Shown here piece after piece: positions 59,171 through 64,000 of a stretch of 64,000 nucleotides of DNA. This stretch comes from Chloroflexota bacterium. Lineage in GTDB: Bacteria > Chloroflexota > UBA11872 > VXOZ01. The position numbers and the translations under genes are program-made. The notes under the pieces were generated by a model that saw only the letters and a list, made by a program, of their open reading frames with translations, ran no database searches and was not told where the DNA came from. The stretch is taken from the NCBI GenBank assembly GCA_965221905.1, contig OZ244922.1, positions 1,920,001-1,984,000 of the forward strand, read 5' to 3'. The number at the start of each line of letters is the position of its first letter. The stretch's first letter is position 1.

Positions 59171-60646
59171 CTATCGCGTGGTCGCCAGCTTGCCGACTTC
59201 CTCGAAGGCGGCCTGCGCCCACTCCACCGCTCCGGCAGGATAGATGCCGAGCACGAGAGTGCCTATGACGCCGACAGCGACCACTGCGCCAACAGCGGTA
59301 GATGGGGCAACCGGCAGCGTACGCGGTTCGCCGTCAACCATGTACATGTTTACAACGACGCGCAGGTAATAGTACGCCGAGACCGTACTGGTGAGCACGA
59401 GGACGACCGCCACCCAGGTCAAACCGGCATTTACAGCCACTTGCAGCAGGTATAGTTTGCCGAAGAAACCCGCCGCAGGGGGAATGCCGGTAAGCGAAAT
59501 CATGAATACCACCATGGCGACAGCGAGCAATGGCGAGCTACGGCCGAGGTTTTGGAAGTCCTCTATATCGGTGCCGCCGGTCTTGCGCTCGACCGCAAAT
59601 GTCACGGCAAAGGCGCCGAGCGTCATCAGGGCGTAGACCACGGCGTAAAACATGACCGCTGCCACGGCGTCTCGCAGGAGACCGCCTGCCTCGGATTGGG
59701 CGTGCACCACAGCGATGCCGACAAGCATGTAGCCGGTATGCGCAATTGAGGAGTAGGCCAACAGACGCTTCACGTCGCGTTGCCAGATAGCAACAAAGTT
59801 GCCGACAATCATGCTGCCTACCGCGACCGCAATAATGATCGGAAGGACCATGTCTTGCCAGGGCTCAAGCCCGTGCACGACGACCCGCAAAAGTCCCGCC
59901 ATGGCGCCCATCTTGGCCCCGGCCGCCAGAAAGGCCGTGGACGGCGTGGGTGCTCCTTGGTAGGCGTCCGGTGTCCACATATGGAACGGCACCGCGGCCA
60001 CTTTGAACGCCAGACCGACCAGCAGAAGGCCAAGCCCAAGCAAGAACCAAGGGTTCGTAGCGCCTTGGCTTTGCACATACAGGCCCATGTCCCTCAGGTT
60101 CGTAGTGCCGGTGAGGCCAAACAGCCAGGCGATTCCGTAGAGCATCACCCCGGAAGCAAACGCGCCGAGGAGGAAGTACTTGAGTGCGCCTTCCGTGGCG
60201 CGAAATCTATCGCGCTTGATGGCGACAAGGACGTATACCGAAATCGAAGTTAGCTCGATGCCGAGGTACAGTGTGATGAGATCACCGGTCGCGCCAAGCA
60301 AGAGCATGCCGACGGTGGCAAACAGAATGAGCGCAGTCAGTTCAGCAAAAGGCACGTCTTTCGATTGCGCAAAGGCCAGCACAACGCTCAGAGCGGCTAT
60401 AGCGATGAAGAGTACCTTGAAGAAGACCGCGTATCCATCCGTCAGCACCATGCCGCCAAATGCGGTGGCACCGTCTGAACGCACGATTATGCTGACGAGA
60501 ATCGCGACTACGCTGCCAACCACCACCAGACCCATCAGGCCGCGATGGGTCCGCCGTCCGCCAAACGCGTCCACCATGAGGACACACGCAGCAACAACCG
60601 TGATGATTATTTCAGGGAGTATGCTAATGAGGTCTTCAGTTTGCAC
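59171..60646 (-). CDS. nuoN: NADH-quinone oxidoreductase subunit N
   Basis: EGALKYFLLG, FKVAAVPFHMWTPDAYQGAP, KRLLAYSSIAH. Confidence 0.95.
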   Translation of the reverse strand: MQTEDLISILPEIIITVVAACVLMVDAFGGRRTHRGLMGLVVVGSVVAILVSIIVRSDGATAFGGMVLTDGYAVFFKVLFIAIAALSVVLAFAQSKDVPFAELTALILFATVGMLLLGATGDLITLYLGIELTSISVYVLVAIKRDRFRATEGALKYFLLGAFASGVMLYGIAWLFGLTGTTNLRDMGLYVQSQGATNPWFLLGLGLLLVGLAFKVAAVPFHMWTPDAYQGAPTPSTAFLAAGAKMGAMAGLLRVVVHGLEPWQDMVLPIIIAVAVGSMIVGNFVAIWQRDVKRLLAYSSIAHTGYMLVGIAVVHAQSEAGGLLRDAVAAVMFYAVVYALMTLGAFAVTFAVERKTGGTDIEDFQNLGRSSPLLAVAMVVFMISLTGIPPAAGFFGKLYLLQVAVNAGLTWVAVVLVLTSTVSAYYYLRVVVNMYMVDGEPRTLPVAPSTAVGAVVAVGVIGTLVLGIYPAGAVEWAQAAFEEVGKLATTR

Positions 60647-60684
60647 TTGCTATGTCCTCACTCACGCCCTCTAGGCAATGGGAG

Positions 60685-62193
60685 CTATCTTGTTAGACCG
60701 CTTGTAACATCGGATGCTGTTATTGCTTGCACGATACCACTGGTGTCAGCCGTAAACAGCCCAATGAATTCTTGCGGCTGCACGCCTGCCCACATTACTA
60801 CCACCGCTATGGCTACGAGCACCGCAGTCTCAAGTCTGGTGAGATCCGTTAAACGGCTATGTGCTTCTTTCATCGAACCAAGCATCACCCGCCAGTACAT
60901 CCAGAGCATGTACGCCGCGGAGAGAATGATGCCGAACACCGCAAGTACGCCAAAGATACGGATTTCATCAACAAAAGCGCCGAGCAGCACCATAAACTCG
61001 CCTACAAAGCCTGAGAGCCCCGGCAAGCCAATTGAGGCCAGCGAGAAGAAGAGGAACAGCACGGCGTACACCGGCCAGCGGTGCGCCAGTCCGCCCAGGT
61101 TGGCAATCAGACGGTCGTGCGTGCGTTCATAGAGCTGTCCCACACAGAGGAAGAGCGCGCCGGTAACCAAGCCGTGGCTGAACATCTGCATCATGGCACC
61201 GTCGATTCCTTGCTGCGTAAACGAGAAGATTCCCAATGTTACGAAACCCATGTGGCTCACCGAGGAGTAGGCGATGAGCTTCTTCAAGTCAGTCTGCATG
61301 AGGGCAACCAATGCCCCATAGATAATCGCGATTACGGACAACACGAGAATGGCCGTCTGCGCAATCTGGCTCGCATCGGGGAAGAGGGGCAAACTAAAGC
61401 GAATGAATCCATACCCGCCCATTTTGAGCAAGATGCCGGCCAGAATAACACTGCCGGTGGTTGGGGCTTCCACGTGCGCATCCGGCAGCCACGTATGGAA
61501 CGGCACCATGGGCACCTTGATTGCAAAGGCGAGGAAGAAAGCCAGAAACGCCCAAAGCTGGAACTGCTCACCGTATGTCCCTTGCGTGAGTTCGAGAATG
61601 TCGAAAGTAAACACGCCCGTGGTATTGCCATGCACAAAATAGAGTGCCAGAATTGCCACGAGCATAAGCAAACTGCCAAAGAGCGTGTAGAGTACAAACT
61701 TCAACGTCGCGTAAACCCGGCGCTCGCCGCCCCAAACGCCGATCAGCACGTACATGGGAATCAGCATGATTTCCCAGAAGACATAGAAGAGTACAAAGTC
61801 CAGCGCCAGGAACACACCCGTGATGCCTACTTCCAAGAGAAGCATCGTGAAGAGGTACTCTTTCACTCGTACGTTCACGGACGCCCATGCGTAAATGATG
61901 CAGAGGAAGAACAGGAACGTATTGAGGAGCACCATCACGAGGCTAATGCCATCTATGCCCAGCGCGTACTGAATGCCGAGAGCCGGCAGCCAGTCAAACG
62001 TCTCCCGGAACTGCATGCCGTCACCGGGGATGAAGCTCGCCCACACCGCCACGCTCAGCACCAATGAGAGTGCCGTGCCTGCCACAGCCACCGCGAACAT
62101 CGCGCGGCGTTCAGACAGGAACAGCAGGATGACGGCTGCGATGAGCGGTAACCAGAGAACGAGGGAAAGAATGGGGATTGTGTTCAGGGTCAT
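60685..62193 (-). CDS. nuoM: NADH-quinone oxidoreductase subunit M
   Basis: FYVFWE, PFHTWLPDAHVEAPT, LLKMGGYG, KKLIAYSSVSHMG. Confidence 0.96.
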   Translation of the reverse strand: MTLNTIPILSLVLWLPLIAAVILLFLSERRAMFAVAVAGTALSLVLSVAVWASFIPGDGMQFRETFDWLPALGIQYALGIDGISLVMVLLNTFLFFLCIIYAWASVNVRVKEYLFTMLLLEVGITGVFLALDFVLFYVFWEIMLIPMYVLIGVWGGERRVYATLKFVLYTLFGSLLMLVAILALYFVHGNTTGVFTFDILELTQGTYGEQFQLWAFLAFFLAFAIKVPMVPFHTWLPDAHVEAPTTGSVILAGILLKMGGYGFIRFSLPLFPDASQIAQTAILVLSVIAIIYGALVALMQTDLKKLIAYSSVSHMGFVTLGIFSFTQQGIDGAMMQMFSHGLVTGALFLCVGQLYERTHDRLIANLGGLAHRWPVYAVLFLFFSLASIGLPGLSGFVGEFMVLLGAFVDEIRIFGVLAVFGIILSAAYMLWMYWRVMLGSMKEAHSRLTDLTRLETAVLVAIAVVVMWAGVQPQEFIGLFTADTSGIVQAITASDVTSGLTR

Positions 62194-62197
62194 TACC

Positions 62198-64000
62198 TCA
62201 CCGCACCATCATGATGTAGAAAGCGAGAACGAGCGCTGTGCCAAGGGCAACGCTAAACGCATAGTTCTCCAAGCGGCCGGTCTGCATGCGGCGAAGGCCG
62301 CCGCCAATGCCACTGACAACCAAGCCGACGAGATTCACAATACCATCCACGACATATAGATCGAACCAGGCAAAGACCCGGCCTATGCCGCGCGTTCCTC
62401 CCGCCAGCACAGTATCGTAGAATTCGTCCAGGTAGTATTTGTTGGCTAAGAGCGCATGGACAAACGGGGAAGACCCCGCTACGGATTCGGGCGACGGCGA
62501 CCTGCGCATATAGATGCTGTAGGAAATGAGGATGCCCAAGACCGCAATAAGGGTGGAAACTGCCATTACTGCGAGCAGAAAGACCGTCGACGGTTCGTGG
62601 ACCAGGCCCGCAAACTCGGCCACCAGAAATGTATCGTGCAGGTAGCTGTGGATTAGTCCGTGCTCCGGCGGCACGCCGACAAATCCCGCAAAGACCGCAC
62701 CTACCGCCAGCACGATGAGTGGCACTGTCATCACTCGCGGTGACTCGTGAACATGGGAGAAACGCTCAGATTCCATGCGCGTCTTGCCGAAGAACGTGAG
62801 AAAGATCATGCGGAACGTGTATACGGCGGTAAGGAGCGACGCTAGTGCTCCCATGAAGAAGAGCAGGTAGCCGACTTGACCCGAGAGCAGTGTGGCCCCG
62901 AGCAATTCGTCTTTGCTCCAGAAGCCCGCCAATGGAATGATGCCGGATAGCGCCAAGCCGCCAATGACATAGGTGGCGCCCGTGACGGGCATCTTCCCAA
63001 AGAGGCCGCCCATGCGCTGCATGTCTTGCTCTTCGTCCGTGCCGTGGATTACCGAGCCGGAGCCAAGGAAGAGGAGACCCTTAAAGAATGCATGGGTAGC
63101 CAAGTGGAAGATTGCCGCTGTGAAGGCTCCCACGCCGAGGGCCATGAACATGAGGCCAAGCTGGCTGATCGTAGAGTATGCAAGGACACGCTTGATGTCG
63201 TTCTGCGCCAAGCCAATTGTGGCCGCGAAGAGGGCTGTGAAGGCGCCGACAAGGGCAACCACTATCATTGCGTCTGGCGATAGCACGTAAAGCGGGTTGA
63301 ACCGGGCGACCATGTAAACGCCCGCAGTGACCATTGTGGCGGCGTGAATCAGGGCGCTGACCGGCGTGGGGCCCTCCATGGCGTCGGGCAACCACACGTG
63401 CAGCGGGAACTGTGCCGACTTACCCATTGCGCCCACAAAGAGCAAGAGACAAATGATGGTGAGCATGCCCGGCATCGCCGCGGCAATTGCCGGCACTTGA
63501 CTGAAGATTTCGTCATAGTCCAGCGTCCCAAACACGTGCCATGCCAAGATGAGGCCGATCAGGAAGCCCACGTCGCCAATTCTATTCACTAAGAAGGCCT
63601 TGATGGCGGCCGCGGAAGCGGACCGGCGCTCAAACCAAAATCCGATAAGCAAGTACGAGCAGAGGCCCACGGCTTCCCAGAAGACGAACAAGACCAGCAG
63701 ATTGTTCGCCATGACGAGCATAATCATCGCGAACACGAACAGGGGCAGGTAGGTAAAGAACCGCCAGAAGCCGGGGTCTTTGTCCATATATCCAATCGAG
63801 TAGACGTGGACCATGAAAGAGACGCTGGTAACCACCAGCAGCATCACGAGCGTCAGCGCGTCTACCCGCAGGGCGATGTCCAGTGAAAAATCACCGGAAG
63901 CGGCCCACGTCCACAGCGAGACCGTCTCCGGCTCCGCATGGTCTAATTGCGTAACGAACAGGAGCACGCTGACGATGAGCGCGCCCAATACACCCGCGTT
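62198..64000 (-). CDS. nuoL: NADH-quinone oxidoreductase subunit L (5' end beyond the window)
   Basis: NRIGD, GKSAQFPLHVWLPDAMEGPTPVSALIHAATMV, HAFFKGLLFL. Confidence 0.96.
   Translation of the reverse strand, partial: NAGVLGALIVSVLLFVTQLDHAEPETVSLWTWAASGDFSLDIALRVDALTLVMLLVVTSVSFMVHVYSIGYMDKDPGFWRFFTYLPLFVFAMIMLVMANNLLVLFVFWEAVGLCSYLLIGFWFERRSASAAAIKAFLVNRIGDVGFLIGLILAWHVFGTLDYDEIFSQVPAIAAAMPGMLTIICLLLFVGAMGKSAQFPLHVWLPDAMEGPTPVSALIHAATMVTAGVYMVARFNPLYVLSPDAMIVVALVGAFTALFAATIGLAQNDIKRVLAYSTISQLGLMFMALGVGAFTAAIFHLATHAFFKGLLFLGSGSVIHGTDEEQDMQRMGGLFGKMPVTGATYVIGGLALSGIIPLAGFWSKDELLGATLLSGQVGYLLFFMGALASLLTAVYTFRMIFLTFFGKTRMESERFSHVHESPRVMTVPLIVLAVGAVFAGFVGVPPEHGLIHSYLHDTFLVAEFAGLVHEPSTVFLLAVMAVSTLIAVLGILISYSIYMRRSPSPESVAGSSPFVHALLANKYYLDEFYDTVLAGGTRGIGRVFAWFDLYVVDGIVNLVGLVVSGIGGGLRRMQTGRLENYAFSVALGTALVLAFYIMMVR

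Overview
Chromosomal window from a high-GC bacterium, most likely Chloroflexota (inferred from the short 16S V3 and h39 regions, an RNase P RNA lacking P13/P14, a split Gram-positive-type Wzz/BY-kinase EPS locus and Tat-lipoprotein solute-binding proteins). A marine or host-associated lifestyle such as a sponge symbiont is plausible from the FN3 and plant-like LRR surface proteins, but this is inference. Contents: a stand-alone 16S rRNA with no linked 23S, followed by rnpB and tRNA-fMet; tRNA-His and tRNA-Arg; orphan solute-binding lipoproteins; catabolic enzymes; an EPS locus; holB, rarA and nuoLMN; three ABC export systems; REP/MITE-like repeats; several gene remnants. No CRISPR array, integrase, transposase or prophage was seen. 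Most notable: (1) a 16S whose 338/341 universal site is heavily rewritten with compensatory pairing; (2) a cryptic ~950-codon secreted FN3/metalloprotease frame broken only by three in-frame TAG codons and coupled to a TolB-LRR lipoprotein; (3) solute-binding proteins ending in a conserved GCIC tail; (4) a ~380-nt structured leader with a 13-nt anti-SD match; (5) an atypical Hcy-methyltransferase plus two-flavoprotein operon. All calls are by eye from motifs; no searches were run.
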